DNA of 64,000 bases from the NCBI GenBank assembly GCA_963776795.1, contig CAVZNX010000017.1:44145-108144 (forward strand), read 5' to 3'. The stretch is from an uncultured Chloroflexia bacterium (GTDB taxonomy: Bacteria > Chloroflexota > Anaerolineae > Anaerolineales > UBA4823). The notes under the pieces are model-generated. The model was not told the origin of the DNA, did not search any database, and worked only from the letters and a program-made list of their open reading frames with translations. The stretch's first letter is position 1, and every line of letters begins with the position of its first letter. This document shows positions 19,646-30,331 of this stretch, piece after piece. The position numbers were made by a program, and so were the translations under genes.

Positions 19646-20257
19646 ATGACCATCGATATCAATGAAACTAAACTAAAACGCCATGAATTTGGCCTCTGGC
19701 TTGCTTGGACTTTCGCCACTGCGCTCGGTATGCTTGTTGGCTATCTGCTCCTTGCTCTCCTGGTCGGCTCGCTTGACCTCGGCGTTGCCCGTGTCATCGT
19801 CCCAATTATCTCTGGCATCTTTCTTGGCCTGGCTCAATGGCTGGTTCTCCGTCCCTATATCTCGAAATCCTATGATTGGATCCTTAACCACGCCGTTGGA
19901 TGGGTGGTAGGCTACACGCTCGGTTTGTATGTCGTGCAGCTCCTGTCAAAAACTCCACTCGGTATGCTTGTCGGTTTCATCTCCTTTGGAGTGATCATCG
20001 CCTTATTCCAATATCCAGCCCTTCGCCGTGAAATCCCTCACCTAGCAACCTGGATTCTTGCCAATGTCGCCGGTTGGACCTTAGGCGCCTACCTCAGCCT
20101 GCTGGCGGCTGGAGTTTTCTTCCAAAACAAGGTACCTACTACATTCGCCAGCGTACTCGTCGCTGTTGGCATCACCGGCCTGGTCGCCGGGGCAATCACC
20201 GGCCTGGCGCTTATCTGGATTGTCCGCCAGCCTGACCGGCTTGCGGTAAAAGCTTGA
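19646..20257 (+). CDS. polytopic membrane protein, unknown function
   Basis: ORF 19610..20257 with first ATG at 19646. Several hydrophobic helices. Confidence 0.6.
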   Translation: MTIDINETKLKRHEFGLWLAWTFATALGMLVGYLLLALLVGSLDLGVARVIVPIISGIFLGLAQWLVLRPYISKSYDWILNHAVGWVVGYTLGLYVVQLLSKTPLGMLVGFISFGVIIALFQYPALRREIPHLATWILANVAGWTLGAYLSLLAAGVFFQNKVPTTFASVLVAVGITGLVAGAITGLALIWIVRQPDRLAVKA

Positions 20258-20302
20258 GTAATTAAGGAAGGGAATATATGAACTCGTAGAAGTGGCAGCG
20301 GT

Positions 20303-21088
20303 TTGGTTGTGAGGCTTGTGTTGGGTGCTGTCCTGGTCGTCATTTCCCTTATCACCTATTTCAGCTCGCAGTCCACCAACCCCGTCACCAATGACGTCCA
20401 GCACATCAGTATGAGCCCAGATCAAGAGATCGCCATGGGACTGCAGGCTGCTCCTGAATTGTCCGCCGAGTTTGGTGGCCTTGACTCCAGCCAGTCTGAC
20501 CAGCAACGAGTCCAGGATATCGGGCTGCGCATCGTCCAGGATTCTCCCGCCAGTACTACCCCCTACCAATATGCCTACCACCTGCTTGCTGATCCGCAGA
20601 CCGTCAATGCTTTCGCTCTACCCGGCGGGCAGATCTTCATCACTCGCGGCCTTTACGATCTACTGCTAACAGACGGCGAACTGGCTGGTGTTCTTAGTCA
20701 CGAAACCGGGCACGTTGTTGCGCGCCACTCGGCCGAACAGATCGCCAAATCCCAGCTCACTCAGGGCATCACTGGTGCCGCCGTCATCGCGGCCTGTGAC
20801 CCCAACAACCCCAACGGCTGCATCGCTGCTTCCGAGCTGGCTGCAGTTGTCGGAAACCTCATTGACATGAAATACAGCCGTTCTGACGAAACCGAAGCCG
20901 ACTGGTTGGGAGTTTGTTTCATGAACGACAGCGGTTATGACACCCAAGACATGGTCAAGGTCATGCAGATCCTGGATTCACTTAGCCAGGGACAGCAACC
21001 CCCCGAATTCCTCAGCTCCCACCCCGATCCCGGAAACCGTATCCTTGCGATACAGGACGATATCCAAAACATAGATCAGTGCCCGTAG
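20303..21088 (+). CDS. M48-family zinc metalloprotease
   Basis: 261 aa, N-terminal TM/signal. HETGHVVARH (HExxH) followed by E.EAD and SSHP motifs. Start is TTG/uncertain. Confidence 0.85.
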   Translation: MVVRLVLGAVLVVISLITYFSSQSTNPVTNDVQHISMSPDQEIAMGLQAAPELSAEFGGLDSSQSDQQRVQDIGLRIVQDSPASTTPYQYAYHLLADPQTVNAFALPGGQIFITRGLYDLLLTDGELAGVLSHETGHVVARHSAEQIAKSQLTQGITGAAVIAACDPNNPNGCIAASELAAVVGNLIDMKYSRSDETEADWLGVCFMNDSGYDTQDMVKVMQILDSLSQGQQPPEFLSSHPDPGNRILAIQDDIQNIDQCP

Positions 21089-21381
21089 ATACATCCGTAT
21101 TGGGATGTAATCACCCCTCGTGCTAGAATTTGATATGTACCCGCAGCGCCGCTCATGCTAACCATTTGGCTGCAGTGTTCCATAAGATATTAAGCCACCA
21201 GACCACAGCTAACCACTTCGTTTCGGTTAGCCAATTTGGTCAGTCCTCTTCAGGAGGTAAATCGGTTTTAGGCGAAAGTTGGGAATCAGGGCAGACGGAT
21301 TGTCAATAATTCGGCAATTGCTATAGAGTCAATGCAATTGACGTTATTGGTCTCGGGTAATCATGAATAAGAATAGCATCA

Positions 21382-22290
21382 ATGACTAGACTATTTCGAG
21401 TAGCTAGGTTTCAATTCTTGATCTGCGGGATGGCGCTTTTCGCGTTTGGGGCTCTATGGGCAGTTTTAATAGGAGCGCCTGTTTATCTGTCAAGGATTCT
21501 GCTTGGTTACCTGGTTCTGCTACCGGCCCATCTTTCCATTTCCTACAGCAATGACTATTTCGACGTTGAAGTAGACAAGTACGACAAACCCACTCTCTTC
21601 AGCGGAGGGAGTGGTGTTCTGGTGGATGATCCAGGATTGAGAAAACCTGCTAAATGGATTGCGATAACATTGATCTTGTGCTCCCTGGCACTCGGAATTA
21701 TGTTCCAAATTCTGTACTCATTTCCGATCTGGTTCTTGGGTATTGTTTTATTGGGCAATCTATTAGGCTGGTTTTACTCGGCGCCACCCTTAAGGCTTGC
21801 GTATCACGGTTTAGGCGAATTGTCGATGGCTGTTTCCATCGGTCTGCTGATCCCGGGATTTGGATATCTGGTTACCAGTGGACAGCTGAATGGGGATGGA
21901 TTGCTTTTTATCATTCCACTGACGCTATATGGTTTAGCATTCATTCTTAACGTTGAGATACCGGATATGGAATCAGACCGTTTGGGTAACAAGCGGACAT
22001 GGGTAGCTCGAAAGGGTCGGGTCTTTGGCTTCACTTTGATCGCTGCGTCATTTTTCCTGGCAACATTATTCTTCTTGTGTTTTCCATGGCTTACCTCCCG
22101 GAGTTATCCATTGGATTTTCGTTTTATGAGTATCCTGTCTTTACTGCCTCTTACAGCTGGTTGCATTGGTATGCTCAGGAGACCTGTTGCGAAACAACAG
22201 GCTACCCAGGTTGTTAATGGGATCATGATCGCTATTGCAGCTTTCTGTTTCTTGGTAGATGGGTATTTTGCTTATCTGGTCTTCAGTTAA
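21382..22290 (+). CDS. UbiA-family prenyltransferase
   Basis: 302 aa, about 8-9 TM. Asp-rich YSNDYFDVEVD motif. Confidence 0.85.
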   Translation: MTRLFRVARFQFLICGMALFAFGALWAVLIGAPVYLSRILLGYLVLLPAHLSISYSNDYFDVEVDKYDKPTLFSGGSGVLVDDPGLRKPAKWIAITLILCSLALGIMFQILYSFPIWFLGIVLLGNLLGWFYSAPPLRLAYHGLGELSMAVSIGLLIPGFGYLVTSGQLNGDGLLFIIPLTLYGLAFILNVEIPDMESDRLGNKRTWVARKGRVFGFTLIAASFFLATLFFLCFPWLTSRSYPLDFRFMSILSLLPLTAGCIGMLRRPVAKQQATQVVNGIMIAIAAFCFLVDGYFAYLVFS

Positions 22291-22689
22291 ATATGCCAGT
22301 GAGGATTAGGCGAAAGATAGTATCTTGCCTTGCGGATTTTTGCAACATAAGAGTCTCCCTTTCAATTGTCCTTACACACCACCGACAGGGAGATATAGTT
22401 CGAAATGTTGCGCTGGTCTATAACTCCTGAATGTTGTAAATAATATATCCTACGGGAGAAGCGGTGCTTAACGTTATCCGTAATCTTCGCGGATGATTCC
22501 TCCCAGGATATTTATTCTACGAATCGATCGCCTGGTATTCCCTACAGTTGAGAAATAGAAAATCCCTGGCTCATACTCAGGTGTTCCGGGGCAAAGTCAA
22601 AGAATTTAAAATATTCTTTTAGAAAATGGAGAAAGTGTTCTCCTTGTTGTTTGAAGATCCACCAACAACCCGCCAGAACCAGACATTGA

Positions 22690-22861
22690 AGATTTTGTGA
22701 CGCTTTTGAGACTCTAAGTCACTATACTTGGATTAATTGAACGGAGGAAAGAAATCCTCCAGATGGTCATAAGAGATAAGCCTCTTAGTGAACCTTCAGG
22801 TCAGCTGCTGTTCGGTCAGCAGATCAAGTTGCAGGGAAGCTAATAATAGAGGAGGCGTTTT
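22690..22861 (+). promoter_or_regulatory. conserved upstream/leader region of the duplicated stress module (copy 2)
   Basis: Alignable with 17120-17298. TATACT, CCTCC 22756-22760, hairpin core ctgctg/cagcag 22805-22822, SD GGAGG 22851-22855. Confidence 0.4.
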
Positions 22862-23422
22862 ATGGATACTACATTAATTATCATCGTCGTTTTGGTGGTC
22901 GTGATAGTAGGTGTGATATTAGGTCTGATTTTCTCTCGCCGTAATCGGTCGAAACAGCTTCATGAAAAATTCGGACCTGAGTATGATCGCACCGTGCAAA
23001 CCATGGGTGGGGAGAAGAAAGCACAATCTGAGCTGAGTGAACGACAGAAGCATGTTGAGACATTGGATATTCGGCCACTTTCAGTTAGTGAGCACGATCG
23101 TTATCTGGCTGAATGGACCGCTGTACAATCCAAGTTTGTCGACGAACCAGGACAGGCGATCGTTGATGCTGACCGTCTGATCATGGAAGTCATGCAGATT
23201 CGTGGTTATCCATTATCTGATTTTGAGCAGCGGGCAGCCGATATCTCGGTTAATTATCCTGCTTTAGTGACCAATTACCGCGGTGCTCGTGAGATCGCGG
23301 GTAAAAATAAACAGGGACAGGCAAATACTGAAGAATTAAGGCAGGCAATGATTTATTACCGGTCCCTATTCGAGGAACTCCTCAAAATAGAGACGGTCGT
23401 TGGAGAGGAGAAAAAGGTATGA
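22862..23422 (+). CDS. paralogue of 17299..17859 (copy 2)
   Basis: 186 aa; most residues identical to copy 1 by eye. Confidence 0.75.
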   Translation: MDTTLIIIVVLVVVIVGVILGLIFSRRNRSKQLHEKFGPEYDRTVQTMGGEKKAQSELSERQKHVETLDIRPLSVSEHDRYLAEWTAVQSKFVDEPGQAIVDADRLIMEVMQIRGYPLSDFEQRAADISVNYPALVTNYRGAREIAGKNKQGQANTEELRQAMIYYRSLFEELLKIETVVGEEKKV

Positions 23423-24015
23423 ATGAACAATATGATAACCAAGCTATGTTTGAGAGAATCGATCAAGAAATGAACAATCCGAATGTAAATTCAGATCCTT
23501 TTACTGGTAATGTTCAGGTGGAACCGTCTCTTATCCACGCGGCGTCATGGGGTGAGACGGATATCCACGAAACGCCGAAGGAAGAGAAGGTTGTCCAAGA
23601 GATGCCGATGGGCGAGACTATTGTCCTTGAAACGCCGATTGAAGTGACGATTGTCCACGAGACGCCGATGGGTGAGACGATTGTCCACGAGACGCTACTG
23701 AGTGAGACGATTGTCCATGAAGCCCCAGTCGTCACGAATGTCGCTTCATCGGCATCTCTGCTTAACCGAGAGGAATCAGAGCTTTTACGAACGCGTTGGA
23801 ATGAGATCCAGGGCAAGTTTGTGGATGAGCCGCGCACAGCTGTACAGCTGGCCGATGGATTGGTGTCTGAGGTGGTCGAAAAAATCACCCAGATGTTTGC
23901 CCAAGAGCATAGCTCCCTGGAGAATCAGTGGAAGAAAGGCGATGATGTCTCTACTGAAGACCTTCGCAAAACCTTGCAGCACTACCACTCATTCTTTAAC
24001 CGGCTGGTGGGCTGA
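23419..24015 (+). CDS. paralogue of 17856..18452 (copy 2)
   Basis: 198 aa, ATGA overlap, same 10-aa periodic block (23551-23760) and same C-terminal domain. Confidence 0.75.
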   Translation: MNEQYDNQAMFERIDQEMNNPNVNSDPFTGNVQVEPSLIHAASWGETDIHETPKEEKVVQEMPMGETIVLETPIEVTIVHETPMGETIVHETLLSETIVHEAPVVTNVASSASLLNREESELLRTRWNEIQGKFVDEPRTAVQLADGLVSEVVEKITQMFAQEHSSLENQWKKGDDVSTEDLRKTLQHYHSFFNRLVG

Positions 24016-24059
24016 CAGTAGAAGCGTTAAGTAAACATTTTTGTAAATCTGATTGCAAA

Positions 24060-24094
24060 ATGACCTGACCCTCTCGTATTACGGGTCAGGTCAT
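24060..24094 (+). terminator. probable intrinsic terminator after the copy-2 module
   Basis: Perfect 12-bp stem atgacctgaccc/gggtcaggtcat with an 11-nt loop, followed by TTTCT. Lies 45 nt after the stop at 24015. Confidence 0.55.
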
Positions 24095-24264
24095 TTCTAG
24101 GGTCGCTTTTATTAAATGATAATGGCAGTAGTGCCATGGAGGACTGTAAACGTATCCACAAAACTTACACAAATATATCGTGTTCTTTGTGGATATTTTT
24201 ATTCAAATTTCCAGTAACGGATTTTTGATATGATCTTGTAATGTTTACCAAAAGGAGTAGTGCT

Positions 24265-24723
24265 ATGAATGATAACCAACTTTGGGAGTTCACCTGTAAA
24301 ACATGTGGTGATCATAAATTGAATGTCACCCGCATTTGGACCATACTTGCAGGTCCGGTCAGTGAACGCTGGCAGGAATGGGGACCGCTCGATGCTGACC
24401 ATCGCTGGCATTTTGAATTTAAAGAAAGAGTGGAGGAAACACCAGAGAAAGAAGCTGAGCTAGGGGATTTCGGCGAATTTACTGAAGATGACTCTGCTTC
24501 TGAACCGGAGGAGTATGAAATATTCGAGCAGGAGAATGATGAGGAGAGTGACGAGTTTTATGTGAATTGCGCAAACTGCGATCGTGAGATTGAATTTGGC
24601 TGGGGACAGCCCAACCGGGGTGGGCGAATATTTCCCGTAGAATGTTCAGACTTCGTTCCAGGGTTATACTGGCCGGAGCCCAGGTATTTGGAATCTTGGA
24701 AGCAGAAACGTTGGCTCCGATAA
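24265..24723 (+). CDS. hypothetical protein with two CxxC pairs (zinc-ribbon-like) and an acidic linker
   Basis: ATG 24265 with AAAAGGAG SD inside ORF 24241..24723. CKTCG ... CANCD. No family recognised. Confidence 0.6.
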   Translation: MNDNQLWEFTCKTCGDHKLNVTRIWTILAGPVSERWQEWGPLDADHRWHFEFKERVEETPEKEAELGDFGEFTEDDSASEPEEYEIFEQENDEESDEFYVNCANCDREIEFGWGQPNRGGRIFPVECSDFVPGLYWPEPRYLESWKQKRWLR

Positions 24724-24880
24724 TGAGATGACCAGATATAATCAATACCCTCATTGCTGTTCTCCGCGGTAATTATGCGCAATTCCATACGACCATCTCT
24801 CGCATATGTGCGACGTTTTTGCTTAAAGGTTAAATGATCAAGCCCAGGGGTTTTTAATCCTGGGCATTCCTGGAGGTTCC

Positions 24881-25126
24881 ATGTCTGAAAATAAAACTGT
24901 AGTCGAAGTGCATGGCTGCATCGTATGTGCCAGAATCTTCAACATCCTTGCCGTATATACCCCAGATGGCAAGCTGGTGGATTGTACCGTGACCAGCCCA
25001 GGCGGTCACTGCGTGGCGGATGAACAACGACCGCTGGTTGCCTGCGATACCCACACGCCAGGGGAAATTGAGACTGCATATAAAAAGTGGAAGTCCAGGA
25101 AGGTCGAAGAGTTAGACAATGAATAA
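24881..25126 (+). CDS. 81-aa Cys-containing hypothetical protein
   Basis: ATG 24881 with GGAGG SD. Lies immediately upstream of the J-protein gene. Confidence 0.55.
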   Translation: MSENKTVVEVHGCIVCARIFNILAVYTPDGKLVDCTVTSPGGHCVADEQRPLVACDTHTPGEIETAYKKWKSRKVEELDNE

Positions 25127-25151
25127 AGCTAGACGAATGAGACGGTGACCA

Positions 25152-26097
25152 ATGGACTTTAAGGATTATTATGAAATATTAGGTGTACCGCCGAACGCTG
25201 AAAAGAAGGTTATAAAGCAGACCTACCGCGAGTTAGCAAAAAAGTATCACCCTGATGTGAACCCAGGTAATAAAGAAGCGGAAGAGAAATTCAAGACGAT
25301 TAACGAGGCTTACCAGGTTCTATCGGATGCGGAAAAGCGCAAGAAGTATGATGAGTTGCGGGGTCAATACCAGCAATGGCAGCAGACTGGAGGTCGCCAA
25401 CAGGATTTCGACTGGCAAAACTGGTCAGCCCAACCCGGTCAAGGTGTACACGTCCAATACGCCAGTCCCGAAGACCTGGAAGATCTCTTTGGGAGCGCAT
25501 CACCATATTCTGACTTCTTCAACAATATCTTTGGCCAGGTTCGTGGGCGTGGCAGAGGCACCGCACCCAAGCCGCGCACGCGGACGGAATGTCGAGTTTG
25601 AACTCGATCTCAGCCTCGAAGAAGCATATCATGGTACAGATCGCTTGCTGGAAATTGATGGGCATCGCATCCAAGCTACCATTCCACCTGGTGTGCGGAC
25701 TGGTTCGCGAGTTCGTCTGTCAGGTCAGGGCGAACCGGGTCACAACAATGGACCGGCTGGAGACCTGTATTTGATCGTGCACATCTTACCCAATGAAACC
25801 TTTGAGCGTGAAGGTGATGACTTGCACATTGACGTGCCGGTCGATATGTTCACCGCCATTGCGGGTGGTGAAACCCGCATACCCACCCTGGATAAACCGG
25901 TAATATTGAAAATCCCACCCCGAACCAATGCCAGGCGGAGCTTCCGCCTGCGCGGTAAGGGTATGCCCCACCTGGGTGATCCCAAAACGCACGGTGACTT
26001 GTTTGCCTTGGTCAGGCTAGTGCTGCCCGAACCTTTGTCAGATAAGGAGGTCAATAGCATCCGCGAGCTGGCCTCCTCACGGTCAAAACATTCATAA
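25152..26097 (+). CDS. cbpA: CbpA-type J-domain co-chaperone (DnaJ class II, no Zn-finger region), split by an apparent 1-nt insertion near 25560-25590
   Basis: J domain DYYEILGV...KKYHPDVN in ORF 25152..25601. The C-terminal substrate-binding domains ([19 protein letters not shown]...GDLYL...) are in the +1 frame ORF 25327..26097. Confidence 0.8.
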
Positions 26098-26121
26098 TTG
26101 CAACCCAAATGAGGTATTGGA

Positions 26122-26403
26122 ATGATTCCCGGATATTTATCCCCAAAACGGTATTGGTATGATCCTTACGAAGACTATGAATCGCGCATTAAGCGCCGAT
26201 TACAGGACGACCTGGGTGTTGATGATGCTGCTGCTGAGACGATTATACGCCTGCGCAGTCAGGTCATTGAATTACAGTCTCAGATTCGCCAGCTGGAAGC
26301 CGAGCTCGCCGCTCAGTATGCCAGCCAGCATATGCGTCTGTCTCGTTACCGAGAAGTCTATTTCGAGGCTACCTGGATCGAAGTGGAAGTTACGGAAGGA
26401 TAA
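26122..26403 (+). CDS. CbpM-like chaperone modulator (tentative)
   Basis: 93 aa directly downstream of cbpA. Coiled-coil IIRLRSQVIELQSQIRQLEAEL. Assignment rests mostly on position plus weak resemblance. Confidence 0.45.
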   Translation: MIPGYLSPKRYWYDPYEDYESRIKRRLQDDLGVDDAAAETIIRLRSQVIELQSQIRQLEAELAAQYASQHMRLSRYREVYFEATWIEVEVTEG

Positions 26404-27458
26404 CCACCTAGCAACATTTATTAGAAAACATCTAACTTCTAACCCATTCGAACACTTATTGATTCAAAAATATCTCCCCATGCTTCTTTAAGGTTACATC
26501 CTTCCTCGCTAACCAAGATGGTATCAGTATGTATCGTTTTCAGTAACACCATCCAAAATTGCATTCCTATTTGATCATATTTGAAATATGCGATTAAACT
26601 TGCCTGCCGCACGGGACAGGTTTGTGGGTCACCTTTCCATGCTTCATACCGAGTGCAGATCGGGTGCAGTTCGGTAGCAAATATCCCGATACAGTATGGT
26701 GATCGTGGACTTAATAGACTTATCAAACATCAATTTACTCGCTAATTCATACTTTGTACGATTAAATTCTAATTCTGGACTTAATGGATAGTCATTTTAT
26801 CTAGTCATTTTTGACTGCGGATCAAGTAGTTATTCCCCCTTTGGACAGTACTGCAGGCTGCCTTTCCTCGTTGAGAATATAATTTGGGTCACACGCTTTT
26901 ATCCCGGAATGGCGCAGTTATGGTGCAGTTGGGATATTAAACAGTGGACTCATGGACATGTTGGATAAATTTCTCCCCAAATACGGGATATTATGGAAAT
27001 TAAAATACTATATATACAATATCGATATCCGTGACCACAACTCTTAATCGTTAGGATAGGCGTTCGATCCGACTCCGGGTCATCAAATGGCATGATGAGA
27101 AGCTATACCGGATTGTTGTTAAGCTTCTGGTGTTTTAATGGGGGAGGGTGGCTAACGCTGGATTGTAATCATCTGCTTAATCCAATCCTCATCATCGCAT
27201 TAAAGCAAGCGGAGCTCAGCCCAGCGTACCACAGTTGTGACTGCCAGGTAAAAAAATCTTCCCATCGATGCGTATTTACTGAATGGAAACGGTAATTGAC
27301 TAACTTAGTCATGAGATCTTCTTACCTTAAAGATATCTAAGATCTATATTCTTCCAGGTCCATTTATATGTGTAACCCTTGATCGGCAAAATCCGTACCC
27401 AAGCTAAGTGTCAAAATATATTAAGGCAAAATACTGAACATAGAGTTTGTGTAAACGG

Positions 27459-30216
27459 ATGACTGATCAGGATCCAATCCTTCTGCAAACCAAGCTCCAT
27501 CAACCCCTGATACCACGGGCCTTGATCGATCGTCCGCGGTTGTCCGAGCAACTCAATGCTTGCATTGACTACCCGCTGACCTTGATCTGCGCACCGGCTG
27601 GTTATGGTAAAACCACCCTGGTATGCGCCTGGCTTAATCGAATTTCCGCTGAAAGAAGTGGCGAGGGATCACCCCTACCTTCAGCATGGCTCTCCTTGGA
27701 TGAAGAAGAAAGCGACCTCAGCCAATTTTTACGCTATTTTATCGCCGCATTACGTTCGATTTTTCCGCATGCATGTGAAGCGACCCTGATGTTGCTTCAA
27801 GCAAGCAGGCAACCTCCACTGAATGCTTTCTATACGACATTCTGTAATGACCTTGATAATCTTCCCGGAGAAGCCCTTCTCGTTTTGGACGACTACCAGT
27901 TCATCCGAGGAAAAGAGGTGCATGATCTACTCGGTGAGCTGGTCCGCCATTGGCCAAAACCATTGCATCTGGTGCTGATCTCGCGAATTGATCCACCCCT
28001 TCCGCTAACCAGCCTGCGCGCAAAGAAAAAGATCCTTGAAATACGCACCCAAGACCTGCGTTTTTCACCGCAGGAGACTTCTCTCTATCTGGATCGGTCG
28101 CTTTTTATTCATTTAGACGAGGTTACCTTAAGCCTTGTAAATGAACGCTTCGAAGGCTGGCCCACCGGTTTGCACCTGGCTGCCCTATCTTTACGTTCCA
28201 TAGGCAGTCAAGAAACCGTTCAATTGGCTTTATCAAGCGAGGATGCCAATATTACCGGATACCTGCTGGATGAGGTTCTGACCCACCAATTTCCAGCAAT
28301 CCACTCGTTCCTATTGAAGACCTCCATTCTGGATCGCTTTTGTGCTCCATTATGTGAAGCCGTCATTGGAGAGATCGATCGCACATGGAATGTGCGTGCC
28401 TGCCTGGATTGGATTGAACACTCTGAGCTGTTCCTTTCACCCCTTGACAGCCGACGGGAATGGTACCGCTACCACCACTTATTTCAAGAATTGCTGCAGC
28501 AAAGATTATCCACCGAGATTTCCCCTGATCAAGTGAACGACCTCCATTGCCGGGCATCAGCCTGGTTTGAAGCACACGGACTGTTGGATGAAGCCATACA
28601 CCATGCCCAAGCAGCGGGAGATTACAGCCTGGCTGCACGCCAGATCAGTGCCGGCTTGCGCGATGTGATCAACCGCGAGGACCGACTGACCCTGGAACGC
28701 TGGCTGCGCATGTTACCGGAGGAGCTGATCCAACGACAACCGCAGTTATTAATGATTAAGGCCTGGGCGCTCCAGTTTTCGTGGAGATTGGACCTGCAAG
28801 CGCAAGTGCTCACGCAGATAGAAGACCTGTTGGATGCGGATGAAGTTGCAGCGTTACCAGCGGATGACCTTCAAATCTTACGCGCGCAGATCCTGCTGTT
28901 CAAAGCTCAGCAAGCATATTTGCGTAATCAGCCGATGTTAACAATCGATTTATGCCATCAGGCATTGGCGCTCCTGCCCTTATCATGGAAATTAGGCCGC
29001 GGTGCGGCGATGCTTTACCTGGGCTTTTCTATGCAAGCCAGCGGCCAGGCTCAGGCTGCCGAACGATTGTTGCTCCAGGAATATGAGTCTTATGGGGATA
29101 AGGCGGATACGTATGCCCTGTTAGTCTTGGAATCACTGTGTTTCATCTACCAGAATAACGGGCAGCTTGAGCAGACCAGGCAAATTGCACAGCTGCTGGT
29201 TCAAGGAGCAACCCAGGGTGGGATTGCCTTCATGAGGAACTTGGGAAACTGGTACCTAGGCATGGTGTGTTATCAGTTCAATGAGCTGGAGGCTGCTGAG
29301 CGATACTTTACCCAGATCGTGGAAAACCGTTATACAGTTCTGGTAACTACCTATCGTGATGCAGTTGCAGGTTTGGCGCTGATCTATCAGATCCTTGGGA
29401 AGACTTCCGAATCCTGGCAGATGCTGGAGTCTATTAGCCAGTATGACCTGGAGCAGAGCGGGAGCGAAGATATCCGAACACGCTCCCTGCGTGCCAGGCT
29501 AATGCTCATCGCAAGGAAATCTGGAAGATGCTGGCCGGTGGGTTGACACGTTAACCGATCCGCCACCCGACCAGCCTCTAATGTGGCTGGAAGAACCGCA
29601 AGTGACCAGAGTGGACATCCTTTTGACCAGAGGCAAAGCTGCTGACCTGCGTTTGGCAACAGAAATCTTGGATACTCTGGAAGAGATCGCGGATCGAACC
29701 TATAACACCCGTTATAAGATCAAGATTCTAGCACTACGCGCCTTAGTGCTAGATGCCCTGGGGAAAACTGACCAGGCTAACGCTGTACTGGAACAGGCGG
29801 TAGAGCTCGGAAAACCCGGCGGTTTCATACGAGCTTTTGTCGACCTGGGGAAACCCATGCAATCAATCCTACTGCGGCTCGCCAACCAAGGTTACCTGGT
29901 GGAGACCATCCATCGCATCCTGGTGGCGTTTCCCGAAGATGTAACAACTCGGATGGGTAGCGAAAGCCCAGGCAAACCAGCAGCAAGTCCATCAGCTGAA
30001 ATTTCGTCATTGCTTGAGCCACTGACCCGCAGGGAGCTTGAGGTCCTCACCTTATTACAAGGGCCGTCAAGCATCAAGGAAATTGCGCAAAAACTCAATA
30101 TTTCATATGCAACAGCCAAAGAGTACACGATTAATATCTACAGTAAACTGGGCGTCAACCGGCGCTGGGATGCTGTAGCCAGAGCAGAAGAATTGAATAT
30201 TCTTCCCCCGCACTAA
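27459..30216 (+). CDS. MalT-like LuxR-family regulator (P-loop NTPase + helical repeats + C-terminal LuxR HTH), copy A, split by an apparent 1-nt insertion near 29510-29520
   Basis: Walker A CAPAGYGKTT; C-terminal LTRRELEVL..IKEIA..L.IS..T.K.....IY.KLGV. ORF 27447..29546 ends ..RARLMLIARKSGRCWPVG, while the +1 frame reads GNLEDAGRWVDTLTDPPPDQPLMWLEEPQVTR, matching copy B. Confidence 0.85.
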
Positions 30217-30331
30217 ACTCGTTTTACCCGTGTAAACGCGACAATCTTTAATAATACTACCCTCCTTAATCCCACCTAAATCCCTCCTTTAGGTGGTTTA
30301 TTTTCACGGGAAAGCCCTGTATGCTATAAGC

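Noticed and set aside
26439-26726. 95-aa minus-strand ORF
   Set aside because: It has a TTG start without an SD, is isolated on the opposite strand in an AT-rich spacer, and has no recognisable motif. A real small gene or a relic cannot be fully excluded.
27031-27085. Possible tRNA gene (GTTCGATCC T-loop-like motif)
   Set aside because: The T-stem has a mismatch. No complementary 5' acceptor strand (gacccgg), D-arm or anticodon arm could be built on either strand. At most it is a tRNA 3' fragment.
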